Below, piece after piece: positions 1-8,921 of a stretch of 64,000 nucleotides of DNA. How positions within the stretch are numbered: the stretch's first letter is position 1; every line of letters begins with the position of its first letter. This stretch comes from Chloroflexota bacterium (GTDB lineage: Bacteria; Chloroflexota; Dehalococcoidia; Lucifugimonadales; UBA3495): contig JAQBVF010000021.1 of NCBI GenBank assembly GCA_027623675.1, forward strand, positions 11,955-75,954, given 5' to 3'. A program made the position numbers and the translations under genes. Below the pieces are notes generated by a model. The model worked only from the letters and a program-made list of their open reading frames with translations. It ran no database searches and was not told the origin of the DNA.

Positions 1-116
1 ATTAAAAGTCTGGCGTTTCGTCTTGAAAGACCGGTCCATTCACTGGTCCATAAAGTCGAATATCCGTAACGTATATCCTCAAACACCTAAAAATCAAAAC
101 CCAGGAGAGAATCTCA

Positions 117-1688
117 ATGGCCAACAAGATTTCGTCACAGGATTTGAAGAATCTGATGGATGGGGATTCTCCCTACGCCTTGATCGATGTGCGGGAGTCG
201 GGCGAGTACAACGCCACCCACATCCCCGGCGCGGCCTTGATTCCCCGCCGCCGCATCGAATTCATCATCGGTGATTCAGTGCCATTCAAGGGCACGCAGG
301 TTGTGGTCTGCGACGATGACGGACGACGCGCCCAGTTGGCCGCGGCCACTTTGGAAAAGCTGGGCTATACCAATGTCTTCCACCTTGAGGGCGGCACCAA
401 CCGCTGGGCCAGCAACGACCTGCCCACGGAATGGGGCGTGAACGTGCCGAGCAAGGACTTTGGCGAGATGCAGGAAGTGGTGCACCACGTCCCTGAGATC
501 TCCGCTGACGACCTGCACGAGCGGATCGAACGGGGCGACAAGCTGGTCATCTTGGACTCCCGCACCCCCGAGGAATACCAGCGCATGTGCATCCCCGGCG
601 GGCGAAGTCTGCCCGGCGGCGAACTGGCGCTGCGCATCACCGACATCACCAAGGAACTGGAACCCGGCACCACGGTGGTCATCAACTGCGCCGGCCGCAC
701 CCGAAGCATCATGGGCACCAGGGTCTTGCAACGCATGGGCGTCAACGCCGTGGGTCTGAAGAATGGCACCTCCGGGTGGCTGTTGGCCGGCTACGACCTG
801 GAATACGGCGGCGACCGGGTGGAACTCCCCCAGGTCTCCCCCGAGGGCAAGGCGGCGGCGGAAGAGTACGCGGCACGCCTGGCTAAAGAGGACGGCGTCC
901 GGTATCTGGACGTCGGCGGGCTGCAGGAGGTCTTGAACAAGCGGGACGAAGAATCGGTATATCTCATCGACGTCCGCACCGAACAGGAGTACACCAGCGG
1001 CCACATCCCCGGCTTCCGCTCGTTCCCCGGCGGTCAGGCGGTGCAGCGTTCCGACGATGTGGCCGTGGTGAAGAACGCCACTTACGTTTTCTGCTGCGAC
1101 GGCACGGCCCGGGCCACCATCACCGCGTCCCTGTACCGGCAAATGGGCCATGAGAACGTCTTTGCCGTCGCCGGAGGCGTCACTGCGTGGCAGGACGCGA
1201 ACCGGGAAAAGGAAACAGGGTACCCCCGCAACGACATTCCCGGCATGGCAGAGGCCGAAACATCAACCAAGAAGGTCACGCCCCAGGAATTAAGCTCCAA
1301 TCCGTCCGACCTGGTTCTGTTCTTGGACACCAGCCAGGACTTCTCCCAGGGACACACCCCAGGCGCCAAGTGGATCTCCCGAAGCTGGCTGGAGATCGAG
1401 ATTGACGCCGCTGCAAGATCCAAGAGCGCGTCCATCACCCTAACCTGCGGCAACGGGCGCAACTCCACCCTGGCCGCGGCCACGCTGAAAGCCCTGGGTT
1501 ACACCGATGTCTCGGTGCTCGAGGGCGGGTTCGCCGCCTGGAAGAGCGCCGGTCTGCCGGTGGAAGAAGGACTTACCGGAATCGTGCGGCCGCCGTCGGA
1601 CATCAACTACCTGGGCGTGGACCGCAGCTACGCCGAGATGATGAACTACCTCAGGTGGGAGACGGCCCTGGGTGAGAAATACGCCTAG
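117..1688 (+). CDS. Four-domain rhodanese-like sulfurtransferase
   Basis: Repeated D(V/S)R..EY...HIPG rhodanese motifs; Cys loops CDDDGRRA, CAGRTRS, CCDGTARA, CGNGRNS; LEGG..W signatures; AGGAG RBS. Confidence 0.9.
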   Translation: MANKISSQDLKNLMDGDSPYALIDVRESGEYNATHIPGAALIPRRRIEFIIGDSVPFKGTQVVVCDDDGRRAQLAAATLEKLGYTNVFHLEGGTNRWASNDLPTEWGVNVPSKDFGEMQEVVHHVPEISADDLHERIERGDKLVILDSRTPEEYQRMCIPGGRSLPGGELALRITDITKELEPGTTVVINCAGRTRSIMGTRVLQRMGVNAVGLKNGTSGWLLAGYDLEYGGDRVELPQVSPEGKAAAEEYAARLAKEDGVRYLDVGGLQEVLNKRDEESVYLIDVRTEQEYTSGHIPGFRSFPGGQAVQRSDDVAVVKNATYVFCCDGTARATITASLYRQMGHENVFAVAGGVTAWQDANREKETGYPRNDIPGMAEAETSTKKVTPQELSSNPSDLVLFLDTSQDFSQGHTPGAKWISRSWLEIEIDAAARSKSASITLTCGNGRNSTLAAATLKALGYTDVSVLEGGFAAWKSAGLPVEEGLTGIVRPPSDINYLGVDRSYAEMMNYLRWETALGEKYA

Positions 1689-1763
1689 ATAACGCTGATT
1701 AAACCCAGCCCAATATTTAACGCTAACACCGAAGGGCAGAATGCAGGCCAGAGGAGGGACTCA

Positions 1764-2957
1764 ATGGCGACGACACGACAGGATGGCGCGATCCCTGATT
1801 TCTTGAGGATGGATGAGGCGATCGGCTCGGACCCGGCCAACGCCAACAAGGCCGGCAACTGGAACGGCTGGCCGACCAAGGACCTGAACCCGGTAACCCT
1901 CATGGACGACTCCGGCCGGACGGTCCGCATCCGCACCCCCGTGATGGACCTTGAAGGCCTGATAACCCCGACCAACCTGCATTACACGGTGCAGCACTTC
2001 GCCGTCCCACCGGTGGTGGAGACCGACAAATGGGAACTGAAGGTCCACGGCCAGGTCAAGAATGAACTGACCCTGAACTTCGACCAGCTACGCCGGTTCC
2101 CCGGCCGCAGCGTGCGCACGGTCATGGAATGCTCCGGCAGCGACGCCACGTTCTTCGAGTACTTCAAGGACGAGGGGCCAAAGCCCTCACGCACTCAAGA
2201 GTGCATGATTCTCAGCGCCAGCGAATGGACCGGAGTGCCCCTGGCCGCGGTCTTGAACGCCGCCGGTCTCAGTGACAAGTCGCTCTACGTGCGCGCCGTT
2301 GGCAACGACGAGGGTGTCCCCGCCACCGCCGCCGAAGGCACCAAACCCTTCTACTACGACAAGGGCCTGCCGGTACAAAAGGCCCTGCACCCCGATACCA
2401 TCCTGGCCTATGCGCAGAATGGGCAGCTCTTGGAACACCTCCACGGTGCGCCCGTCCGCCTGTTGGTGCCCGGCTGGTCCGGCAACTGGTCGGTCAAATG
2501 GCTCACGGACCTAGAGATAATGGACCACATGCCCGACTGCTGGTACCACTACGAGTTCTACTATTACGGCGATTCTGTGAACGACCCCAACAAGGAACTG
2601 ATCACGACCATCGGCGTCAAGTCCATCGTGACCCAGCCCAACGACGACACCGAGAAGATGACCAAGGGCGTGCACATGGTCCGCGGCTACGCCTGGAGCG
2701 GCGCTGGGGCCATCTCCGCGGTCGATGTCAGCGTCGACGGCGGCGACACCTGGCACGCGGCCCACATCGAAGAGCCACGCGACCGGTTCATGTGGGTCCG
2801 CTGGTCCTACCGCTGGACCGCCGACAAGGCTGGCGACTACAACATCATGTCCCGCGCCACCGACGAGGTCGGCCGGGTGCAGTCCCGTGAGCCGCGCTAC
2901 AACAACATGCGCAAGAACTTCAGCGCCATCGTCGGCTATCCCATCACCGTTGAATAA
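1764..2957 (+). CDS. Sulfite oxidase-family molybdopterin oxidoreductase (no signal peptide or heme domain)
   Basis: ITP...Y..HF, Mo-ligating ECSG, WTGVPL, HGAPVRLLVPGW...VKW, C-terminal dimerisation domain GYAWSG...VDVS.DGG. Confidence 0.9.
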   Translation: MATTRQDGAIPDFLRMDEAIGSDPANANKAGNWNGWPTKDLNPVTLMDDSGRTVRIRTPVMDLEGLITPTNLHYTVQHFAVPPVVETDKWELKVHGQVKNELTLNFDQLRRFPGRSVRTVMECSGSDATFFEYFKDEGPKPSRTQECMILSASEWTGVPLAAVLNAAGLSDKSLYVRAVGNDEGVPATAAEGTKPFYYDKGLPVQKALHPDTILAYAQNGQLLEHLHGAPVRLLVPGWSGNWSVKWLTDLEIMDHMPDCWYHYEFYYYGDSVNDPNKELITTIGVKSIVTQPNDDTEKMTKGVHMVRGYAWSGAGAISAVDVSVDGGDTWHAAHIEEPRDRFMWVRWSYRWTADKAGDYNIMSRATDEVGRVQSREPRYNNMRKNFSAIVGYPITVE

Positions 2958-3021
2958 CCGATAGATAGCAGGTGAACAGCCGAGTCATGACCAACATTCC
3001 AATGCAGTCCCGGAGGAACAC

Positions 3022-3372
3022 ATGCCGATAATCGATCATTCAGAGGTCCGCTTGGCGCCCACCACGGAACGGGTGCGGGAGCGGTATCTGGTATCTAAAG
3101 ACCAAGGTGCGGTATCATTAACCGTAAAAGAAGTGGAGATATCACCAGGTTGGGAAGGGCGGATGCACACCCACCCGGTGGACGTCTCGATTCAGGTTTT
3201 GTCCGGCGCTATCCAGGTCATCATGGACGATGAAACGCGGACCGTCCGGGCCGGGACCACGCTGCTTGCCCCACCGGGCATGCCTCACAAGATGATTCAC
3301 CATCTCTGGACCCCCGCCCTTTTGCTGATAACCTACCCGTCGGCCGAATTAGAGACCCACCACCTGGAATAA
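3022..3372 (+). CDS. Cupin domain protein
   Basis: HTHP...VLSG and PPGMPH cupin motifs; GGAGG RBS. Confidence 0.8.
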   Translation: MPIIDHSEVRLAPTTERVRERYLVSKDQGAVSLTVKEVEISPGWEGRMHTHPVDVSIQVLSGAIQVIMDDETRTVRAGTTLLAPPGMPHKMIHHLWTPALLLITYPSAELETHHLE

Positions 3373-3410
3373 CCAAGACTCTCCCGGCTTAACCCCTAAA
3401 CCGGGGCGTA

Positions 3411-3457
3411 TTACAGAGCAAATTACAGAGCAAATTACAGAGCGTATTTTACAGAGC
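3411..3457 (+). repeat. Intergenic tandem repeat, 4 x TTACAGAGC core
   Basis: Copies at 3411, 3423, 3435, 3449 (periods 12, 12, 14), just before the RBS of the second sulfite oxidase. Confidence 0.9.
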
Positions 3458-3476
3458 GTATTGAGGAGGTTTCCCC

Positions 3477-4586
3477 ATGGCCCTGCCCAAGATCGGCACC
3501 AAAGCAGAACCGCAGATAATTCCCACGAACGCGGGCCTTCGGACCTGGGCCGCGCCCCCGCAGGCGTTGCAAGGGGAGATAGTCCCCAACGACCTGTTCT
3601 ACATCCGCAACCACTGGAAAGAGAGCCCCGAGATCGACATCAACACCTTCGAGTTGAAGATTGACGGCGAGGTCGAGCGCACCATCTCCCTGTCATTTGA
3701 AGACCTGAAGAAGCTGCCCCAAAAACGCTTCCAGGTGACCTTCGAGTGCTGCGGCAACAGCCCAGTGCCCGAGTACTACACCAAATCCCTCCGGATCAGC
3801 TCGGTCATGGAGCAGATCAAGGGTCACGGCATCATGGGCAATGCCGAGTGGGCCGGGGTTTCCCTTAAAGACGTTCTAGAACTGGCCGGCGTGAAAGACT
3901 CTGCCGTTGAAGTGATGTTCGAGGGCGCGGACCATGGGGCCGACGAAGTTGTCGGCGACCCGGCGGAAGTAACCTACGAGCGCAGCCTGCCCATGGCCAA
4001 AGCCCTGCACGAAGACACGATCTTGGCTTACGAGATGAACGGCGAGCCACTGCCCAAGGACCACGGCTACCCCCTGCGTCTCTTGGTCTCCGGCTGGTAC
4101 GGCATGAACTCGGTCAAGTGGCTGGTGGGCATCCACGTCCTTGACCACAAGTTCGAAGGGTTCTACATGACCCAGCGCTACATGACCATGAACGAGCCCG
4201 GCAGCCCGGTGCCGTACCGTTACTATGGCAAGCTGCAGGTCAAGTCCATCATCACCAGCCCCGTCCCAGGCGAGATCATCCCCGCCAGCGGCTACACCCT
4301 GGCCGGCGCTGCCTGGTCCGGCGAAGAGGACATCGAGAAGGTGGAGATCAGCACCGACGGCGGCGAGACCTGGGGGCTGGTGGACACCCTGCACCCACGC
4401 GCCGCCTATTCCTGGTACCGCTGGGAGCATAACTGGAACCCGCCCGCCGAGGGCAAGTACACCATCATGTGCCGTGCCACCAACTCGGACGGCGTAACCC
4501 AGCCCATGGAGTTCCCCAACCCCTGGGACGGCCGGGGCTACGGCAACAACATGGTATTCCCTTACGACGTGGAGGTCCGGTCTTAA
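3477..4586 (+). CDS. Second sulfite oxidase-family molybdopterin oxidoreductase
   Basis: FYIRNH, FECCGN, WAGVSL, LAYEMNGEPLP.DHGYPLRL.V.GWYGMNSVKW. Confidence 0.92.
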   Translation: MALPKIGTKAEPQIIPTNAGLRTWAAPPQALQGEIVPNDLFYIRNHWKESPEIDINTFELKIDGEVERTISLSFEDLKKLPQKRFQVTFECCGNSPVPEYYTKSLRISSVMEQIKGHGIMGNAEWAGVSLKDVLELAGVKDSAVEVMFEGADHGADEVVGDPAEVTYERSLPMAKALHEDTILAYEMNGEPLPKDHGYPLRLLVSGWYGMNSVKWLVGIHVLDHKFEGFYMTQRYMTMNEPGSPVPYRYYGKLQVKSIITSPVPGEIIPASGYTLAGAAWSGEEDIEKVEISTDGGETWGLVDTLHPRAAYSWYRWEHNWNPPAEGKYTIMCRATNSDGVTQPMEFPNPWDGRGYGNNMVFPYDVEVRS

Positions 4587-4625
4587 GCCCGGACGCTTCT
4601 ATCGGCTGTAAAACCGGAGGTAATC

Positions 4626-4907
4626 ATGACCGCACCAAGACGGATCCCGATTCCAGTCGCATTCTTCCTGGTTCTTGCTGCGGTCTTGGCCCTGATCATA
4701 TTCTTCGGGGCCTGGGCGGTAGCGGCTGACGTGGGCAACCAGCGCACGTTGGCCTTCGGCCTGCCCGGCACGACACCCGGCCTGAATGGCAGTAATATCA
4801 GAGAAACCGAAGACTCTGCCTTCCAGGTTGCCCGACTTGACGGCGAAGGAACGGCCGGCGACACCTGGTGGGGCGGCGCGTTTCTCAGGGCCTGCCCACT
4901 TCATTAA
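4626..4907 (+). CDS. Small membrane-anchored hypothetical protein ending ...FLRACPLH
   Basis: GGAGGT RBS, N-terminal hydrophobic helix, operonic position. Confidence 0.6.
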   Translation: MTAPRRIPIPVAFFLVLAAVLALIIFFGAWAVAADVGNQRTLAFGLPGTTPGLNGSNIRETEDSAFQVARLDGEGTAGDTWWGGAFLRACPLH

Positions 4908-4913
4908 GAGAAT

Positions 4914-4958
4914 CGGGCGAAATAACCGGGCGAAATAACCGGGCGAAATAACCGGCGA
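4914..4958 (+). repeat. Tandem repeat, 3 x CGGGCGAAATAAC plus partial copy
   Basis: Exact 13-bp units at 4914, 4927, 4940. Confidence 0.9.
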
Positions 4959-5079
4959 CAGAACGAGCCGGACGCAAGAAACGGGTAACAACGACCAGAT
5001 TCGATCTCACTTCAAAGGACCAACACATTCCGGGCGATCGGCTAAACCGTCCGCGTTTTGTTTGAGATAAACAGCTATC

Positions 5080-6489
5080 ATGGCGGTCACCACCAACGGT
5101 TCCCCTCCAGCAAGTCCTGAAACCAGACCTCCGGCCGCCGGCTCGCCTAAAGGGATCCACCGGGCCTGGTTGATACTAGGGATACTCGCCGCGGCCCAGA
5201 TCGTCGGCCAGTCCATCAGTATGGCCGCCGGAATCATGGTCGCTCCGCTGAACGACCCCACCGGCGGTTTCGGCTGGAACTTGGGAGTCATCGGCGCAGC
5301 GCTTGCCACGTATTACCTCTGCGGAGCGTTGGTCGCGCCCTTGACCGGCATGCTCGGCGACCGGTTCGGCGCGCGGCCCCTCATGTTTGCCTGTGGCCTC
5401 CTCTACGCCATCAGCATGATCTTGATCGGCACGGTAACCCATCTCTGGCAGTTCTTTCTCTACTTCGGCGTCATGCTGTCCGTCACACAATCGCTGGCCA
5501 TGGTGCCCATATTGGCATCCGTGAACGGCTGGTTCAAACGGCGTCTGGGCCTGGCCACCGGACTCCTCTGGGCCTCGGGCGGTATCGGAGCGGCGGCAGT
5601 GGCGCCGTCCATAGCCAGTCTTCTGAATGCGGTTGGCTGGCAGACCACCTTCACCATCATCGGCCTGGCCGGCGGTGGAACGCTAACACTTTTAACCCTC
5701 TTGTTCCGCTCCAAGCCCGCCGACGCCGGGGCAATAGCCTACGGCACACAGGCCAGCGACCCGCGGGAGATACGCCGCAGTAAAGAGGTGGAACGGCTGC
5801 GGTTGAAGGTTTTCAACAAGGCCATGCGCCGCACCCGGGCGTTCTGGAACCTGCCCACGATCCACGGCCTGGGGTGCGCCGGACACGGCATCGTATTGAT
5901 CTATTCCATCCCCTTGGCCGTCGAGCAGGGCGTCAGCCTCTCAGCGGCCTCATTCATCCTGGCGCTGATCTCCATCTTCAGTATCCTGGGCCGGTTCATA
6001 GCCCCCATTCTCGCTGAACGGATCGGCGCCAAGCCCGTGATGATGACGGCGCTGTTCGTGCAGGGAATCACCGTCTTGGTGTTGTTCTGGGCCAGCGACG
6101 CCTTTGCCTTCTACCTGTTCGCCATACTGTTTGGGTTGGGTTTCGGCGGCGAGATGTCGGCCTACCTGGTGGTCAACCGCCAGTACTTCGGGTCGGGCCC
6201 GCTGGCAACCCTCTACGGGTTCGAGATGATGGGTGCCTTGTCCGGTCACGCCACGGCCACCGTGCTGGGCGGACTGGCCATCTACGCAACCGGTTCGTTC
6301 AACCCCGCCTTGGTCATGTCCATGTTGTTCAGCTTCACCGGCGTGTTGGTCATCGCCAGCATGGAGTCGGGAGCCAGGGTGTTGATTCCCGATTGGGAGT
6401 CCAACCTCCCCCCGGAGGCGCGCACCACCCCCGAATTGGCCAACCAGGCGGTCCGCGCGGCGCTCTTGGAGCAGACCGCCAGCGATTAG
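5080..6489 (+). CDS. MFS transporter
   Basis: About 12 hydrophobic segments; GMLGDRFGAR motif A; WF.RRLGLA.G. Confidence 0.9.
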   Translation: MAVTTNGSPPASPETRPPAAGSPKGIHRAWLILGILAAAQIVGQSISMAAGIMVAPLNDPTGGFGWNLGVIGAALATYYLCGALVAPLTGMLGDRFGARPLMFACGLLYAISMILIGTVTHLWQFFLYFGVMLSVTQSLAMVPILASVNGWFKRRLGLATGLLWASGGIGAAAVAPSIASLLNAVGWQTTFTIIGLAGGGTLTLLTLLFRSKPADAGAIAYGTQASDPREIRRSKEVERLRLKVFNKAMRRTRAFWNLPTIHGLGCAGHGIVLIYSIPLAVEQGVSLSAASFILALISIFSILGRFIAPILAERIGAKPVMMTALFVQGITVLVLFWASDAFAFYLFAILFGLGFGGEMSAYLVVNRQYFGSGPLATLYGFEMMGALSGHATATVLGGLAIYATGSFNPALVMSMLFSFTGVLVIASMESGARVLIPDWESNLPPEARTTPELANQAVRAALLEQTASD

Positions 6490-6538
6490 CGGACGCAGTT
6501 ATCGTCCGGGTGTCTCATCTTGATCCGAGGTTGCTGAA

Positions 6539-7213
6539 TTGTCCGAACTGATTGACCTGACATTAACTCTGGGCAGCGACCGGATCAGTTTGGTGCCCGG
6601 ACTGGTGGGCGTGGAGACTGAGCCGATCCAGACTCACGCCACCCACGCCCGCTCCAATCAGAAGCTGTGCCTGGCCACCCACATCGGCACCCACGTGGAC
6701 GCCCCCTTTCATTTCGTGGACGGCGCGACCACCGTGGAGAACATGCCCCTTGAGAAGTACGCCGGCCCGGCCCTGCTGCTGGACCTCCGGCAGGTGTTCA
6801 AGGGGCGATCGCCGCTGTTGGTCTCGGAGCTTGAGGCTGCGGGCGCCAACGCCGAGACCGTCAAAGACAAGATTGTGGTGCTGTTCACCGGCTGGGCTGA
6901 AGCCGAGTCGGGCGGACCCAAGTTCTACGGACATGGCCCCTACCTCAGCACCGAAGGCGCCGCATTCCTGGCCGATTGCGGGGCCAACGCCGTGGCCGTG
7001 GACTTCCCCATCGACAAGCACCCCGAAACGCCGCTGTCCACCATCAAAGACTTTCCCGTGCACCGGCTGCTTCTGGGGCAGAACATCCCCCTGATCGAGA
7101 ACCTGATCAACCTAGACAAGCTGGTGGGCAAGGAATTCGAGCTTTGGGCCCTGCCGTTAAAGCTCAAGGGCGGAGACGGCGCCGCCACCAGGGCCGTCGC
7201 CCGCGTCCTCTAG
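6539..7213 (+). CDS. Cyclase-family protein (kynurenine formamidase-like)
   Basis: HIGTHVDAPFHF, H..LL...I.LIENL, PLKL.GGDG...RAVA. Confidence 0.9.
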   Translation: MSELIDLTLTLGSDRISLVPGLVGVETEPIQTHATHARSNQKLCLATHIGTHVDAPFHFVDGATTVENMPLEKYAGPALLLDLRQVFKGRSPLLVSELEAAGANAETVKDKIVVLFTGWAEAESGGPKFYGHGPYLSTEGAAFLADCGANAVAVDFPIDKHPETPLSTIKDFPVHRLLLGQNIPLIENLINLDKLVGKEFELWALPLKLKGGDGAATRAVARVL

Positions 7214-7237
7214 CCCCCGATCGGTTATGAAGGCGAA

Positions 7238-7864
7238 ATGACCACGCCCATCTTGCTGGCCACTGGCAACGAAGCCAAGCAGGAGGCCTTCCGGACTCTG
7301 CTGGATGGTCTTCCCCTCGCTCCGGTCAGCCCCTCCAGCCTTGGCATCAGCGCATCCACCGGCGAAGGCGGCGACACTCACCGCGACATCGCCTGTGAGA
7401 AGGCCATCGAGTGGTCGCGCGCCGGGTCCATGCTGGCGATAGCCTCCGACGGCGGCCTGGTGATCCCCGCGCTCGGGCCTGCCTGGGAGAGCCGCCGCAC
7501 CCGCCGGTTCGCCGGTCCAGGCGTGGACGACGCCCAACGGGTCGACCGCCTGCTGGAACTGATGCAGCCGTTCACCGGCGCTGACAGAAGCGCATCCTGG
7601 GCCGAAGCGGTGGCCATCGCCCATAAAGGGCGCCTGCTGGCCTCCTGGGAGCTTGTTGGGGCCACCGGAGAGATCGCCCAACAGCGTGAGCCCGGCCCCG
7701 TATCCGAGTTCTGGGCCTTCACTCTCTGGTCATTCCCCCGGTTCGGCAAGAACTACAACTGCCTGTCCCAGGAAGAGAAGCTTTCTTTGAACGATCACTG
7801 GACCCGCCTCGGTCAACTGGTCCGCCGATTCTTTCGGTCCATCTACGTCCCTCCCCAGGACTAG
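7238..7864 (+). CDS. Divergent Ham1/ITPase-family non-canonical NTP pyrophosphatase
   Basis: LLATGN.AK, A.EKA, IASDGGL.IPAL, LS.EEK; C-terminal SHR motif altered. Confidence 0.7.
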   Translation: MTTPILLATGNEAKQEAFRTLLDGLPLAPVSPSSLGISASTGEGGDTHRDIACEKAIEWSRAGSMLAIASDGGLVIPALGPAWESRRTRRFAGPGVDDAQRVDRLLELMQPFTGADRSASWAEAVAIAHKGRLLASWELVGATGEIAQQREPGPVSEFWAFTLWSFPRFGKNYNCLSQEEKLSLNDHWTRLGQLVRRFFRSIYVPPQD

Positions 7865-7947
7865 CTCCGTTGGTGCGGACTGCCCATTTGGGATACAATC
7901 ATTTCGTGGGCATCTTGCGTGCCTGAACCGGCTATCTCCCGGAGACA

Positions 7948-8919
7948 GTGACTGGATTGACCACTCCTGCCAAACCCCCGGCCACCGGAGAAGAATTCCA
8001 GGCCCCCGAGTCCATCGAAGCTGTCCAGAACCTGCTGCGCGACCAGGTTTACATCAGCGACCGGGCGCTGGCGGTGCCCGTATTCCTGGCGATGAAGCTG
8101 CAGCGCCCTCTGTTCTTGGAGGGTGAGGCCGGTGTCGGCAAGACCGAGATCGCCCGAGCCCTCGCCGCCGGACTTGGCACCAAATTGATCCGCCTGCAAT
8201 GCTACGAAGGGCTGGATGTTAGCCAGGCGGTCTACGAGTGGAACCACACCCGGCAGATCTTGGAGATCCGCCTGATGGAGGCCCGGGGAAACATAACCCA
8301 AGAATCCGCCGAACCAGACCTGTACGGCGAGAAGTTCCTCATCAAGCGGCCCCTGCTCCAGGCTATCGACGAGGCCCAGGAGAAACCGCCGGTCCTGCTC
8401 ATTGACGAGCTTGACCGCTCCGACGAAGAGTTTGAGGGCTTCCTGCTGGAACTCCTCTCCGACTACCAGATCACGATCCCAGAGTTGGGCACCTTCAAAG
8501 CAGCCCACCCGCCCATAGTAATAATCACCTCCAACCGGACGCGGGAGGTGCACGACGCGCTGAAACGGCGCTGCCTCTACTACTGGGTCGACTACCCGGA
8601 TTACCAGAAGGAACTCCAGATAATCTCGGCCAAGATCCCCCAGGCTCCCCGGAAGCTGGCCGAGCAGGTGACGGCCTTCATCCAAGAGATGCGGCAGACC
8701 GAGCTCTTCAAGATACCGGGCATCTCGGAGACGGTGGACTGGCTGTCCGCCCTGTTGGCCTTGAACCAGACGGAGTTGGGCCCAGAGATCATCGACGATA
8801 CCCTGGGCATGATGCTCAAGTACCAGGACGATATCGAAGCCGTGAAGGGCGAGCCGGTGCGCGCCATGTTGGAACGCTCCAAGAACCAAGGTCCTCGCCG
8901 TGGAGGCCGCCGCGGATAG
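7948..8919 (+). CDS. MoxR-family AAA+ ATPase (CoxD-like)
   Basis: PLFLEGEAGVGKTE, LIRLQCYEGLD, LLIDELDR, TSNRTREVHDALKRRC. Confidence 0.93.
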   Translation: MTGLTTPAKPPATGEEFQAPESIEAVQNLLRDQVYISDRALAVPVFLAMKLQRPLFLEGEAGVGKTEIARALAAGLGTKLIRLQCYEGLDVSQAVYEWNHTRQILEIRLMEARGNITQESAEPDLYGEKFLIKRPLLQAIDEAQEKPPVLLIDELDRSDEEFEGFLLELLSDYQITIPELGTFKAAHPPIVIITSNRTREVHDALKRRCLYYWVDYPDYQKELQIISAKIPQAPRKLAEQVTAFIQEMRQTELFKIPGISETVDWLSALLALNQTELGPEIIDDTLGMMLKYQDDIEAVKGEPVRAMLERSKNQGPRRGGRRG

Positions 8920-8921
8920 CC

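Noticed and set aside
3411..4958. CRISPR array
   Set aside because: Units are 12-13 bp with no unique spacers, and there are no cas genes
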